From positions 13,206,001-13,270,000 of the forward strand of contig OU015566.1 in the NCBI GenBank assembly GCA_907165135.1: a stretch of DNA of 64,000 bases, read 5' to 3'. Within the stretch, counting starts at the first letter, position 1, and the number at the start of each line of letters is the position of its first letter. The notes below the pieces were generated by a model, which saw only the letters and a program-made list of their open reading frames with translations, searched no databases and was not told the DNA's origin. Positions 50,850 through 63,455 of this stretch are shown here, one piece after another. Source of the DNA: Oikopleura dioica. Taxonomy: Eukaryota > Animalia > Chordata. Position numbers and translations under genes: made by a program.

Positions 50850-53134
50850 GATATTGGCTCAAATTATAATTTGCAACTTTACCTTGGATGTGATGAAAGT
50901 TCTATCCAGCCATCTTCAGTAAGTGTTTCAACTGTTTTTTGTCCATAATCTTTAAATTCGCCACCAACGATAGTCGGGCGATTTTTATAAAAAGCTAAAT
51001 CGCCATAGTAGTGAGGTGTGCGTAAATCAAAAGTCTCGCGCCAAGTTTTTGATCCATCGAATCTGTCGCACTTCTCTGCTTTTGAGTTATAATCATTGCA
51101 AATTAGAGCTACGAATTTAATATTCAGTCGGTAAACTTTCTAACCTTCGTTTCCTTCTTTTACAGCTAGAGCAGTTTGGGAACCAAAAGCATAAAACCCT
51201 ATCAATTTGATTGAGAGTACTCTGAATTGGCATCCATCTAGCTTAGCAATCTTTTTTTTTTAATTTTTTTCAATTTAATTTTTATTACTCTTTGTGTGTA
51301 CTTGGGATAATATCCTCCGAATATATAAAGATGACCTTTAACAATCGCATTTTTCTGATAGTAAATGAAGTTTACAGGGTCGACGACAAGTTGTCTTCTT
51401 GATATGTTCGTTTTATATGAAAATTGGTAAAAAAGAAAAATTAAACGTTTTTATGAAAAAATGAATATATCAAGATTTCCTTTTCCCGTCTCATCAGGTG
51501 GATATCTTATGAATATTTTTTTGCTAACGGATCCATCATCGAGAAGTGCGTAATTTCTGTAGTTATAAGCAACCGTAACAGCAATATGATTATCAGCAGC
51601 TATCAAAACATTAATTTGCTTCTTTGTCCCGGAAGAATAAATAAAGTTTTTGATTTCTGTTTCACGATCTTGTTTGAAAAGCCTGATAAATTGGCTTTCC
51701 TCCTGTGGAAAATGAGCCATTTCTATTGATGCAATCTGGGCATTATTCTTGAATAATTTAAAAGTCGGAATTCTGGTATCTCCTGCATGAATCTCTATGT
51801 CCAACTTCGTCCAATGAAATATTGGCCCTTTAAAGTTTAATCTTTCGTCGAAGTATTTCATTGAGTCAATCCAAAAGGATCCATTTTTGTAAGTTCCAAA
51901 GTCGAAAAATACTTGTCTATTAAAGAACTGGAATTCTAGCACTTTGGTTTCTTTATCTAAGCCCTCTTTTGCCTTAAAAAATTACGAATCTTAAGAAATT
52001 TATATAATTTATATAACAAACTTTTAACTGAAAGCCTAAAGTTGGACGATCGGCTTTTGTTTGAGCTTGAATCTTCCATTTAAAAGTCGAAATATGCTTA
52101 AACTGAGCAAGTGCAGTAAATGGCTTCGGCTTGTTCTGATGATAAATGACATCTGGAACTATTGTTTTTCGATATGCTCCGAAAAGCGAGCTTGCGGATT
52201 CAGGAAATTTCGGCTGAAAAACAGCATTTGTCGAGAAAAAAGCTGGAAAGACATCGTCATGGAATGCGAAATAGGGATTGCTAGTCACGTGCATCTTTTT
52301 AACAGCTTTTTGTTGGACAAATTCAATCTCAATGTTAGCTGGTTTTAAGGATTCTAAGCTCTCTTTGAATACTTTATTCGATAAATATGCAAAAATCCTT
52401 TCCAAAATCAAATTCAATCTCAAATGTCGCATCATAAACGTAGTTTTGAATAAAGAATTTCTCGTTATTGATGATTCCATTACCAAAATACTCACACTCA
52501 TCGTTATTTGTTCCGGTTTGATCAGTGTAGTGCAGATCAAGCGGGGCAAATAATCCAGAAACACATGGGGTCTTTTCTTCGTATTCGACAAGAGTTCCAA
52601 TCCATTCGCTGCCAAGAATTATAAATCTTCCTGCCTCGACCTCCATCATCAACGAATACTGCGTATTTGAAAGGACGATGCTTCTTGTTACTAGAATAAA
52701 GAAAAGCCGGCCTAAATCGATCTTTCTAGGGTAAAAGAGAGAACTGAAGTTAATTTGTTTATATCTTCCTCGGTAAAAAAATTCACAAATGCAAAAATTT
52801 CAACCCTTTTCAAAGGAATAATATGAACTGGATCCAAATCCCTGAACTCCGATGGCAGCCCAAACTCGTTCTTTTTCCATCCTTTCTCCATTTCTTCGCT
52901 TTTACGAATTCTATTTAGAGCGACTGCAGTTGACAGCTTGATGTAATGATCGCCGATCTTGACACTCATAAGATAAAAGACTCCTTTGTAGCTGATCGAA
53001 GACAGCTTTGCGTTAATATGGTTGCTAGCAATGTAGCCTTGAGCCTCTTCGAAGCGGTTTAAATTGTAATTTGGAGCGTAATAGTAGCACTTGTCTGACC
53101 GTGCTGTTGGAGAGCTTCGAACGGTCAAACTCAT
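50850..53134 (-). CDS. Lineage-specific multi-exon protein with C-terminal kelch/beta-propeller-like blades; possibly degenerate
   Basis: Long ORFs 52712-53134, 52374-52652, 51974-52615 and 51451-51942. The segment CDRFDGSKTWRETFDLRTPHYYGDLAFYKNRPTIVGGEF...VETLTEDGWIELSSHP at about 50880-51110 has kelch-like GG...W spacing. Confidence 0.35.
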
Positions 53135-53324
53135 TCATTTATATAAAGTTATTGTTTCTCAAAGAGTAAAAGTTTTTTGACCATTTTCAAATAACCACCA
53201 TTGGGAAAATTTTGGTGTCTTTTTCTTTGTGCCTGATCTCAATTTGATGAGTTCCGATGGAAGCGCCGAAATGAAATACAAAAAATCCGATTCTTCTCAA
53301 AATATTAATAAAGTTATTTTTTTA

Positions 53325-56300
53325 TTATGTGCACCTTCTGATTCGATTAGAAATGAAGATGAGCGATGCACCAGCTTCTTTGATTCTCAACAAATTTCCT
53401 TTAGCATCGACTAAATAGTGCTCCCCATCCAAAAATGTTGCGCCAATAGACTGTATGGGAGGTATCGGAAGGTGAGTCGGCCACCCAGACCTGATTTTTA
53501 AAAATGATAACAGCTGCATGAGCAGCTCGGAGCTTCAAAGACCGACAATGCCAAATGCTACCTGCTGAGTGATATAGATCTGCATTGGCCAAAGAGAACA
53601 CTGACTTCGAATTTGGAAATTTTTCGATGAGATCTGTTTCCAAGTCAGCAAACTGAGAGCAGATTTTGAGAATATTGCTAAATTATTTAAAATATTTCAT
53701 AAATCATTTCTAAAAACAAAAACCTTTCTAGCCAATCGTTTTCCTGCCGGGATTATTGGTCTGAGTGTTCCAACCTGTATGTTGCTTGAAATTTCCTTTT
53801 AATGATACCCATTCTGATTAGATCCGAAGATTTTCACTTATTGAAATACCGGAAATCTGATGGGCCGCGCTCTCTCGGTCGAGGAAGGCGCTGAGTCGCG
53901 CTGATGGAGGAGGACAGTGCCCACCGCCAGGTGTAAACTCCTGCACGGGCTCTTCCTTGGCCCGACTCGACGCAACGCTTGTTTCAAGTTGAGCCGATGA
54001 GTTGGGGTTTCCCTAAGTTGGGTAAACGGCGATTTGAAAGAACGAAGGAAGTTCTATAGATTTTGTTTTGAGAACAGTACAACTGTTTTGGCACTCCACC
54101 TTATCTAAACTACTACGGAGTTTCCTTCAATTCTAGCTCGGATTTTATTTTTGGCTTCTACCGGCGGTACAAAATTGTAGCGGCGGTACAAATTTGTACC
54201 GTGGCCGCCCTACAGCCCAAAAATTTGCGCTATGAGCTCGTTGCCCTGATGTGCTACTATACAAGACCGGAGGAGAAGAAGAACATCGACTGTAAAAGGC
54301 AGCAACTACAATTATTATCTCTTAGTACGACGGATTAGAGAAAGGAGGGGCCATTGAAAACAGATTTTTATTTGCGAATGCGGCCCTTTTGCCCTGCACC
54401 GTACCGATTTCCTCTGCTGATTACAGTCACTTGCTCCCCTGGGCGATGATTGATAAGCCGCGTTGTGCTGAGAGAACGTTCCAGCTGTTATCATTTTTAA
54501 AAATCTGGTCTGGGTGGCCGACTCACCTTCCATTCCCCCCTGTATGGATTTATGAACTTTATTTGAAATTTAACCCGTTGCCGAGCGCGTAGCAGTTTCG
54601 CTGCTACGACACGCCCCGAGGCTCAAAATATGGCAGACTTATTGGCGGTGAAGGCATATCTACGCCTACCGCTCGGCAATGGGTTAAATTATTTTTATCA
54701 TTCATAAATCATTCATAAGGGAACAGTGTCTCTTGTACATCTGTTTCGATTAAATCCGTACTCGACGTGTTACTTTGAAAACTAAAAAAAATCAGCGGTA
54801 TTTTCTTAAATGGAACATGGCGATCTTCTCGTCTTTTTGCTATTAACCCGATATCCTCAATTCTCCGATCTAAATACTTTTTCATTTTCCAAATTTTGAA
54901 TCAAGAAAACTTTCCTTTCGCGAACTGGGCATTATCCAAGTCCCAGACAGGGACCATAGTTTGTTCATTTTCTATTTTCTCGCATTGGTAAAATTGGCAT
55001 GGACATCCTTTCAAACAATCTTTCTCAAATGGACAAATTTCTCCAGCAAAATCAAAAGATCTTGTCAATTGAAAACAGATTATTTCGCAGGGATTAAAAG
55101 ACTTGATTCTTGTGGATTTCAAAAACAGAGATTGAGAGCAAAGATTGCGACAAATAAACTGATCTTTTCTCTGGTTAACCTATTACTAGGGTGGTCGATT
55201 TCGCCTACGCTTCTGCCTGTTTGTGATTGAGTGAAATTATGGATCCGGATTAGTGATTGGCTATATGTTTTCACGCGTGCAGGTTAAACCTGCACGCCAC
55301 TGTTCACGGGTTAAGGGCGTCAACAACGATTTTTAGCCAATTTTTGACCCTGGTAGAGTGTCTTTACAAGCTGAATGAAAAGATATTAATTGGTTGAATC
55401 ATAAGAAAGACTTTTATTCAATCGTTGTTGATACCCTTAAATCTAAGAATCATTTATGAAAATGAGGAAACCATAGCATAAAATTTGCGCTTCTTGCATC
55501 GAAATGCATTTATTTCATTTTCTTTTTCCGTGAATTCGAGTGGCGTTTCTTTCGGCTTCTCTGGAATAGTGACTTCAGCTGGTTGAGTAAAGGTTTTTGT
55601 TCCAATGCAGTCATGAAGAAGATGAGCACAGTAGTTCATATCATGAGTCAAGGTACATTTCTTGAAGCCAACTTGGCAAACATTTGTGAGATAAGTGGGT
55701 TGAATTTGAGCGGCAAGCATCGAGTAGTAATTAGCTTAAATTTCTCATTGATTCATTTTAGACAGCTATGAGTACTTATGCCGATAATTATCCCCCAAAA
55801 TGCGCATCCAAAGAGCATATAGACAATAAATTGTTTTTGTGTTGCATTCCCACTAAAATTCACAGCCATGAAATTTCCTCGATATGCTTTTGGAAACTTA
55901 CTGAAGAGAAAAACGCTTCCAAGACTTCCAGAAGTCTTCCTTTTCGTACTCGTCGGAGAACAAACCCGTAAATTGCTTTGGAGCAGGCGTTTTTCTGTTG
56001 TCAAGAGCTATTTTTTCGGCAAGCGTCATCCGGTTTTTATTTCTCACATTTTTCTTGCCTTTCTCGAATCTCGATCTGATCTTATTGAACTGTCTACTTG
56101 TCCTCTGAATAAAACCGCCGTTGATTTCGTCCTCTTCGCTTTCAATAGTCTGATTAAAGCCCTCTGCAAAATCCTTTGCCTGCTCAAAGGCGCTTCTCAT
56201 CGTCGGTTCGACTTTTTTTAATTTCGGCAACATCCCTCCACCAAGAACTATCAGCGTCTTTTTCACCGTACTTGGCAAAAGAACGACACCTTTAGATGTG

Positions 56301-56428
56301 TTCATGACAGTACCAACACAGTGACATTCGAGGCATTTAACTGCTGGCATGGAGCAATTCTCTCTCTCACGATTATCATTGACGATCTCTTCGTCAGCCT
56401 TTTGCCGCATCGTAGAAAATGAATTCAC
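53325..56428 (-). CDS. Cys-rich protein with fragmentary kelch-like region; possible pseudogene
   Basis: ORFs carrying CLECHC, CQVGFKKCTLTHDMNYCAHLLHDC and CPFEKDCLKGCPCQFYQC. Downstream frames are broken and interrupted by small repeats. Confidence 0.3.
54570..54687. mobile_element. Tiny piggyBac-like MITE
   Basis: TTAA-CCCGTTGCCGAGCG ... CGCTCGGCAATGGG-TTAA, with one mismatch in the terminal inverted repeat. Confidence 0.6.
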
Positions 56429-56861
56429 TTCAATCTGAGGAACTATCGTTGCCGGTGTTACTTGCTCGAAGATTATTTTAATCCGTCAAGATCGCTTGTT
56501 GCTCTTTCAAAATGTCAGAAAGATAGAAAGTGACATTTGCAAAATTTATTCTGGGTCCACAGCTTCATTATAACCAGGGATTCTCAAGGAAACGGCGCGC
56601 GGCGGGGCCCCTCGAACCCAAAATTATCAAATCTTATTTTATCATTTCCAGCATAATTTGAGCGAAAAACATATTGAAACTATTTAAACTTGAACTTTCA
56701 TTGTGTTTTATCAGTTTGAAACAAATAAAGGTGCATATTTCTTAAATTCTCTCGACGGCATAATTTTTCACAGATGTACTGGGAGTAACTGCGCTTTTGT
56801 TGTCGTTCCAGCATTTCCCTCAAGTTGATGACTTTAGCGGGTCCGCAATTTTTCGTCTACT

Positions 56862-59423
56862 TTAATTTATCATTTTCGAAATGGATCCGATCCTGAAAAA
56901 GCTCTTTGGGCAAAACAGTGGCGCAACAAGAGCACCAATATATACGCCAACAATTATCACTGTAGTCCCGGCTTTGATCCAAAAAGTCACTGCGTTTTCT
57001 CCTTGCCTAAAAAATTGTTAGCAATTCGAACAGATTAATGGTACTAACGCGAAATTAGCTTCAAGGTCATTTTGTGGGACGAACCAGTTTGTAATCGTCA
57101 TCATTAAAAACATCGATGCTCCGATGAAAATCAAATGAAAAGCCCAGTAGGAATATGTAATCCTAGAAAGTAATTTAATCGTCGGTTGATGAAGATTTTA
57201 TTACTTTTCACGGTCGTCCGGGATTATTTTTTGTCCATCAAGGCGCATTTTCTTGATTTCCGGAATCTCTGTTTCGCCGTAGCAAAAGCAGAACATCGGC
57301 GATTCCACTTTTGATTTTCCCGTTACTTCGGAAGAGTTCATCGCGGCGTAGATGGCGAGGAAGAGAGTCAAAGCAATGACGAAGTAATTGAAGATCATTG
57401 CGAGCTTGTTTTGACTAGCAGAGTTGTTGAGGTTGCATTTGGTGTTGATATCGTTTGCAATGTCTTTGATGTAGTCAGGAAAAGAAGGGAAAATGAGATG
57501 ATCGGGGATAACCATGCATCGTTCGTAGCATAATCCATCGTCAGGTTGAGTGCTTACTGATTGATTAGTGGCTACTGTGACGTTACTAACGGCTGCAGTT
57601 GTTGTTTCGACTACCGGTAGTTCATACTTGATCGCAGCTTGAGCATAAACTGTGCTTTATTTGGAATCGAGAAGCAATTTTATTTCGAAGAAGATTTCGA
57701 AAAAAACCTCCGGTAAAAGAGTTGAGATCCGTTACTGAAGGTCAAGTACATTATGTAACCAATAATCAGCGCTGACTGAAGCACTCCCCTAGTCGAGTTT
57801 CTATCTGGCGCTCGGCTACCGCATGGTACTTCAAAATGTCAATAAATTTTATGTTGTCTACGTAGATTCATACATAGAGATATGAGCAGCAAGAAGATGC
57901 AGGCAAGACCACTGGCGACGATAAACCAGCGGTTGATTGAACAGTTGTTGAGGTCGATATCAAGGTCGATGCTGATATTGTCCGTATCCTGCGCTCCATT
58001 TGCTCCAGAAGGAGAATCAGTAAAGACTTGCGACATGATGTAGAAACAGAAGCCTGTGACGCCCAGAACCAGTGCGGATAGCAGCCAAATCAAAGAATAC
58101 CAAGAAACTTTCCAGCAAGTACTGGAGGCATTTGTCGCTGCTTTTTCCCAGCTGCTGCTGAGTTGGGAAGCAAAATTCACGTAGACAATCATTTGCCAGA
58201 AAATGAACAGGGTCGCTAAATTGCATTTTCTAGAGCAGTTCAGATTAAATTATTTGCTCAGATGAATTCTTTTCACAATGATGAATGTCTTCAAAAGCCT
58301 TTTTGGGAAAAATAAAGAGCAAGAACCATGAAAAGACTTTTAAAATAGCAGATATAATTATGGCTTCGATATTTGAAAGTCTTTTGAAATCGACTAAAGC
58401 GCAAAAATGCTATCCGCCGAAAACGAAAACCAAAGACTGAAATCAACAAGGACTACATCCCCATTTCTCCAGTCAAAGTGACTTTGATGCGGCTGAAATA
58501 CTTTGAAATCCTCCGCGAATCAAGCGAAAATCTAACAAAAGGTAGCGCCCAAAATCAGCCTATAAAATTTTTTAATAGTACCGAAAGCTCCCACAGATCG
58601 AAGGTGGACCTTTTAAAGCGCCATAAAACTTTATTTTGTACCTGTAACAACTCCAGTCCACATCCAAATTTCCAAGAATAAATCAACCGCATCCGAATTC
58701 AAATGAAAAAACATCGTGTACCCCATTCCAACAACGATTGCCACTAGAATCACGAGCTTCCAAAACCAGAAGCCATTATGAATCGATGCTCTCGATTGCG
58801 ATGAGTTTTTGATCCCTATCGTTAGCAAGAGCAGGACGAAGAAAAACATTCCAAGCGATAGGAAAATAATATAGACACCTTGACATTTATATAAATCATG
58901 TAAAAGCAGGTCAACTACCTGTTGTACTAAAAATCTCATCACAGGTGATTTCAGTCGCCGTTTGATCACAAAATCCTTGTAATGCTTCATTTTCCCTGAT
59001 GAGTTCGACGACTTTGGAGGAGGAGAGTACAGTCGCTAGGACTGTAAAAATAATCAGGAAAATACTGTACATCAGCTTTGTTCCCGTGCTTTCATTGATG
59101 GCTTAAAATACATTACGTAATCGTTTTCTTTCATTAAAAATTTACCTGGAAGACAACCACAGCATAATCGACAGCTCTTCGGGCCGAGTAAGCAATCGCA
59201 TCCGAACGTACAACTGCATTTCTCATCATTGAAGCTTGCTTCAGAATTTGTTGAAGAAGAGTTTGAGTCTGATTCTGAGCCGCTACTGTCTCCTTCATCG
59301 TAGTGTTTTAGACGTTCGGGCTGCTTTTTGACGGCTTTAAAAAGTGTTTTGGGATCAAATTCGGGTGCTCGAAAATCGACTTTTTGCTATATTATTGAAA
59401 CTCGTACCTTTCATTTCTTCCAT
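56862..59423 (-). CDS. Serine incorporator (SERINC/TDE family)
   Basis: Cys-rich N-terminus CSCTFGCDCLLGPKSCRLCCGCLP, GVYIIFLSLGMFF...KNSSQSRASIHNGFWFWK, NFASQLSSSW, CSINRWFI, FLMMTITNWFVP and FWIK...YIGALVAPLFCP. Confidence 0.88.
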
Positions 59424-60190
59424 TTTCTCAACTTTCTCCTCTCTCTCCTTTCTTTTTCGCGGCATTCGTTTTTTCGGCCTTGGACTTCTTCTTTTCTATT
59501 CTTTTTAGAAAAATTTTGGAATGACGTGCGAAGAATATCTGCTCCACCACAATGAACGACTATTAAACTCAAAAAGGCAAACAATGAACTAAGGAGCAAA
59601 GAGCCGTCCTCTGACTCGCCTTTTCTCCGACCTGTGCAGTCGACCGTAAAGTTTTTGTAGGAAAAAATAAGTTTCCTTTGAAAAAGCCGTAGGATAATTT
59701 TTGGCACCGGTCTAAGCGACACACTCTCTTCCGGTGGCACCGCTCATGATAAATTTATCATCATTTTCGATGAAAAACACGGTCTTGAGAATTTTTGTAC
59801 TGAAAACATGGAATGGAATGAAAAGCAAATAATCCAATGATCAAATACAGTTGGCGATACACCTTTTTGCTGAAATAAACTTATTCCTACAGTATTTATG
59901 CGGAATATTTTACGGTAGTCAGAATTAATCATCGGTTTGTTAAAAATCTATGTTTTTAAAAGTTCTATACAGGATTTATTTTCGAAAGTTTATTGACATT
60001 TGTTTCTGCGCAAGAAGCGTCAGATTCACACGCTAGTATAAATACCACGATAGAGCTGCGTAAATCCATCGATAACTGGTCAAATGACCATGAATAGAGC
60101 AATAACGTTATTATGTCTGTCCTCGCTCTTGAGTCATTCACTGCCTAATTTATTTGCGCATGATTCCTAGAGGTTCCCTTCTTGCACATT

Positions 60191-60292
60191 TAGGTCATCT
60201 GATCGCCTTCAGTAATCAACCGTCACGGTGAATTTCGCCCCAGATGGTCGATCAACCCCATCTTTCGACAGTATTTAACCGCTGCAGAATCT
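60191..60292 (+). promoter_or_regulatory. Conserved promoter module, copy 1
   Basis: TAGGTCATCT, TCAACCGTCACGGT, GATCAACCCC, TATTTAA and GCAGAATCT occur in the same order upstream of the paralog at 63322-63423. Confidence 0.6.
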
Positions 60293-60344
60293 CCAAAAGT
60301 CAGAAAAAATCAAATACAAAAATTAACAGAAAAAAACATCGAAA

Positions 60345-62274
60345 ATGAAACTTCTCGATGTGCTCGCGAAAACAAGACTTGCTTCAGTTTCGAAACTTGA
60401 AACAGCGCTCACTGGGGACAGCATCATCGCAGAGCATCTTCAAGACAATGCCGAGTGTTCTATGAGAGGAATGTTGGATAACGGAGACACTCACCCACTC
60501 GATTCTCTTCACGCCGATAACTTGGGAGGACCTCTTCATGAAAGTAAGTATACGCTTAGTAGTTATGAAAGAAAGGACTTCATTCTTACGTAAATTCTAG
60601 TGTATGTCGTGGCGAAAACACCGAACTCCTTCATGTCCAACAGTGGCGAATGCCAAAAGATGAACTTTCGCTGGACAACGAACAAAATCGCCGAAGTGAC
60701 TTCAAGCGAGGTGACAAAAAACAGCAGCGTTCGGAGAATGTTCGGCGGCAGCTCAAAAAGAACGATGGACGCAAACCGAATGTATGCACGAACAACTCAC
60801 TACCCTCTCGATGAAAGCTACATCATGGACTTTTACTTCGACTCAAGCTCGATGGACGGGCTAAATGCGCGACTAAACAAACAGCTTTATGGCGAAGAAG
60901 GGGGATATCTCATTAGAGGAGTCGAAGAATACGATACCAGGAAGTATGCAGTTCTCTTACAAGGATGCCACGGTGGGAAAAAGTCAAACCTTTTCCTTTG
61001 CACGGACTGGAATTGCCCCCTTCAATCCTATTTCTCTGATTTTTCCGCGATGACTGGTGGTGTAGACGATTTTACGACTGCTTCACTCATCTACCCTGAC
61101 AATCGCGATGCCAACTGCAAGCACGACAATGCTACTCCGCTCTGTTCCCCGTGCGAGGGCAAGGACAACTGCTATGAGCTGATGGACTGTGCTGACGGAC
61201 AGACTATCGACACCACCAAGGTAAAATATTCTTCGTTGTCTTCAATAATCATTACTTGCCATTTCAGACATACGCGGACCTAGGAACATTGACAAACGAC
61301 TTTTTGATCAGCTACGAGATGAAATTGCCAAGCGGTTACGCTGCCACTCACTTTGAAGAATTCTTCAAAATTACAACTGATCCAAGCAAGGACGAAACAG
61401 ATGCTGATTTCGACCGGCATAAACACGATGCTCTCTCGACTGGTTATGCAACCAATAATAATTGGGATGAACGTTGGATTACTTTGACTATGGCATCTCA
61501 CACAATTGCTGGAGTCAGGTAAGAATTCAGTTCTGAGGGTGACATTTGCTTCTCAAAATTTATCACAATCTTTCGAAATCAAATCTTCATCTTAGGGCTG
61601 TTTTTATATTCGTCGACGACACTTTTGCTCCTGCTGCGGTTGGATACGACCACACCCACTCCAACCCTTTAATTCCCGATGGCTACAATGTTCAGCCAGA
61701 CTTCGTCGTTGCCGGCGGAACTGTTAGGGATGTTACTAGCGCTGGAACGCAATATGCAGTATGGACCGGCGAAGTGCGCAACGCATACGTTCAAAAAGGC
61801 TCGCTTCAGAATATTTTCCCCGACTCTAAAATCAGCCGTCCTGATATTGCAAAGGTATTTTTCAATTTGAAATCCAAATAAAAAAATTGATTCTAGGGGA
61901 CAAAAGTTTGCGCAGAGTGGAGAGACATGGGCAATACTGCTGTCGATTACAACACCGCAAAAACAACCTGCGCTCAAGCTGGAGGACACCTTCCTTATTT
62001 CACTAGCAACAGTGAAATTAGCGCCTACAACGCACAACTAACTCGGACAGAATGGCTCGGAATCGAGAAACAAAATGGAAATTGGGTTGACCTTACTGGT
62101 GCACTAGTCACAACTTTTGTCTGGGACATGGGCGAGCCAAACAATGGTGGTGGTAATGAAAATTGCGTCGAGACCGACAGCTGGGGCTTTTGGAATGATG
62201 TCGATTGCGCCAGCCTGAAATTATTCTCTTGCTATTTCGAGTCAGTGGTCGCCCTCCATGACGACTGTTCTTAA
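60345..62274 (+). CDS. Multidomain protein: lipocalin/ApoD-like + beta-sandwich (LamG-like) + C-type lectin
   Basis: Five exons join in frame. The C-terminal CTLD has TCAQAGGHL, WLGI, WDMGEPNNGGGNENCV and WNDVDC. The N-terminal region resembles lipocalin conserved regions (LHEMYVVAKTPNSF...C; YLIRGVEEYDTRKYAVLLQGC). Confidence 0.7.
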
Positions 62275-63321
62275 TTTCCTCGTCAGAATAATAGGATTTT
62301 CTTAACGCTTGCAGACGCAATAATTTATTCTGTTCCTTTCACCATATTTATTTGTGATTTTACTATTTATTCTCCTGTGTTATTTATGATAATGTATCAT
62401 ATTTACTGTTTAAAGTTTTTTGTGTCTGAAAATACAAATTCATTCGAATAAAATGAAAAAAAAATCTTAGAAACAGTTTCTGAAAATAAAAAGCTCAATT
62501 TCAGCTCGCAGTGTTCTTAAGAATATCAGGAAATCTTCATAATCTCGCAGAAAAAAACTCATTTTATAGGTGCGCTATCTTGGGAGCGTTTCTGAGAATC
62601 TTTACTTTGAATTATAATTAATATTATCTCTAGTCGAGAATCAAAATATAGCACACCATGATTGGTCATAAAGATGAAAATCTGCACCCGAAAAATCCAA
62701 TTTGAGGACCTCTCCCCCCCATGAAGAGTTGCGAAAATTGGCCTTCTAGGGCCTAGGAGCAAGTGTTTCTTTTCTATCTTAGATACACCCTTAATTTCAA
62801 TTGAAAATTTTAGATCTAACCCTTGGCTACAACCGTTTCCCTTGTCATAATCTCTTGATCAACAATTTAAGGATACACAGGCCGCTCAAGGTCATGTTGC
62901 TAGGAGCAAGCTTTTTTGGGTTTTTATTCGAGGGAAATCCTATATTTTTTCAGGAGAAAGCTAAGGCTTTGAGCTACAATCGACGAGAGCTGGATGTTCT
63001 TCATATTAGAAAGACAGATTGATCAGACAGAGATTAGTACCAAATGCGCCTGGTTGTTGGCGAAAAAGAAGCGAGTTTTATTCTTTGAGTTCAAACACCT
63101 TTCCTTGTCTTGGAGTTTCTTGCCGTCTCCTAACAATCAAATAAGCTGTTCGTTTACGCTCTCAACCGTTTTCAAACTACCAGAATGTGATAAGAAACTA
63201 TATTCCCCAAATAAACTTTTGAAAAATAGTCAGGTTTCTTTTTGGAAATTCGTGGTAATGACTCATGGCTTAGTCGCTAGAACCTCCTCTTGTCCTCAAT
63301 AGCAATCTAGCCTAGATTATC

Positions 63322-63423
63322 TAGGTCATCTTATCAGCGTCCCATTATCAACCGCCACGGTCAATTCACAACCACCTGCTGGATCAACCCCTTTTTATCT
63401 CCATATAAATGCGTGCAGAATCT
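63322..63423 (+). promoter_or_regulatory. Conserved promoter module, copy 2
   Basis: TAGGTCATCT, TCAACCGCCACGGT, GATCAACCCC, TATAAAT and GCAGAATCT. Confidence 0.6.
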
Positions 63424-63455
63424 GCGCAACTCAGAAGAAAATTCAAAACAAAAAA

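Noticed and set aside
53860-54270. GC-rich patch and short GCGGTACAAA repeats
   Set aside because: No recognisable protein or RNA motif; probably mobile-element debris.
55275-55297. 10-bp perfect stem-loop GCGTGCAGGT-TAA-ACCTGCACGC
   Set aside because: Too short to assign. It is not an intrinsic terminator in a eukaryotic context.
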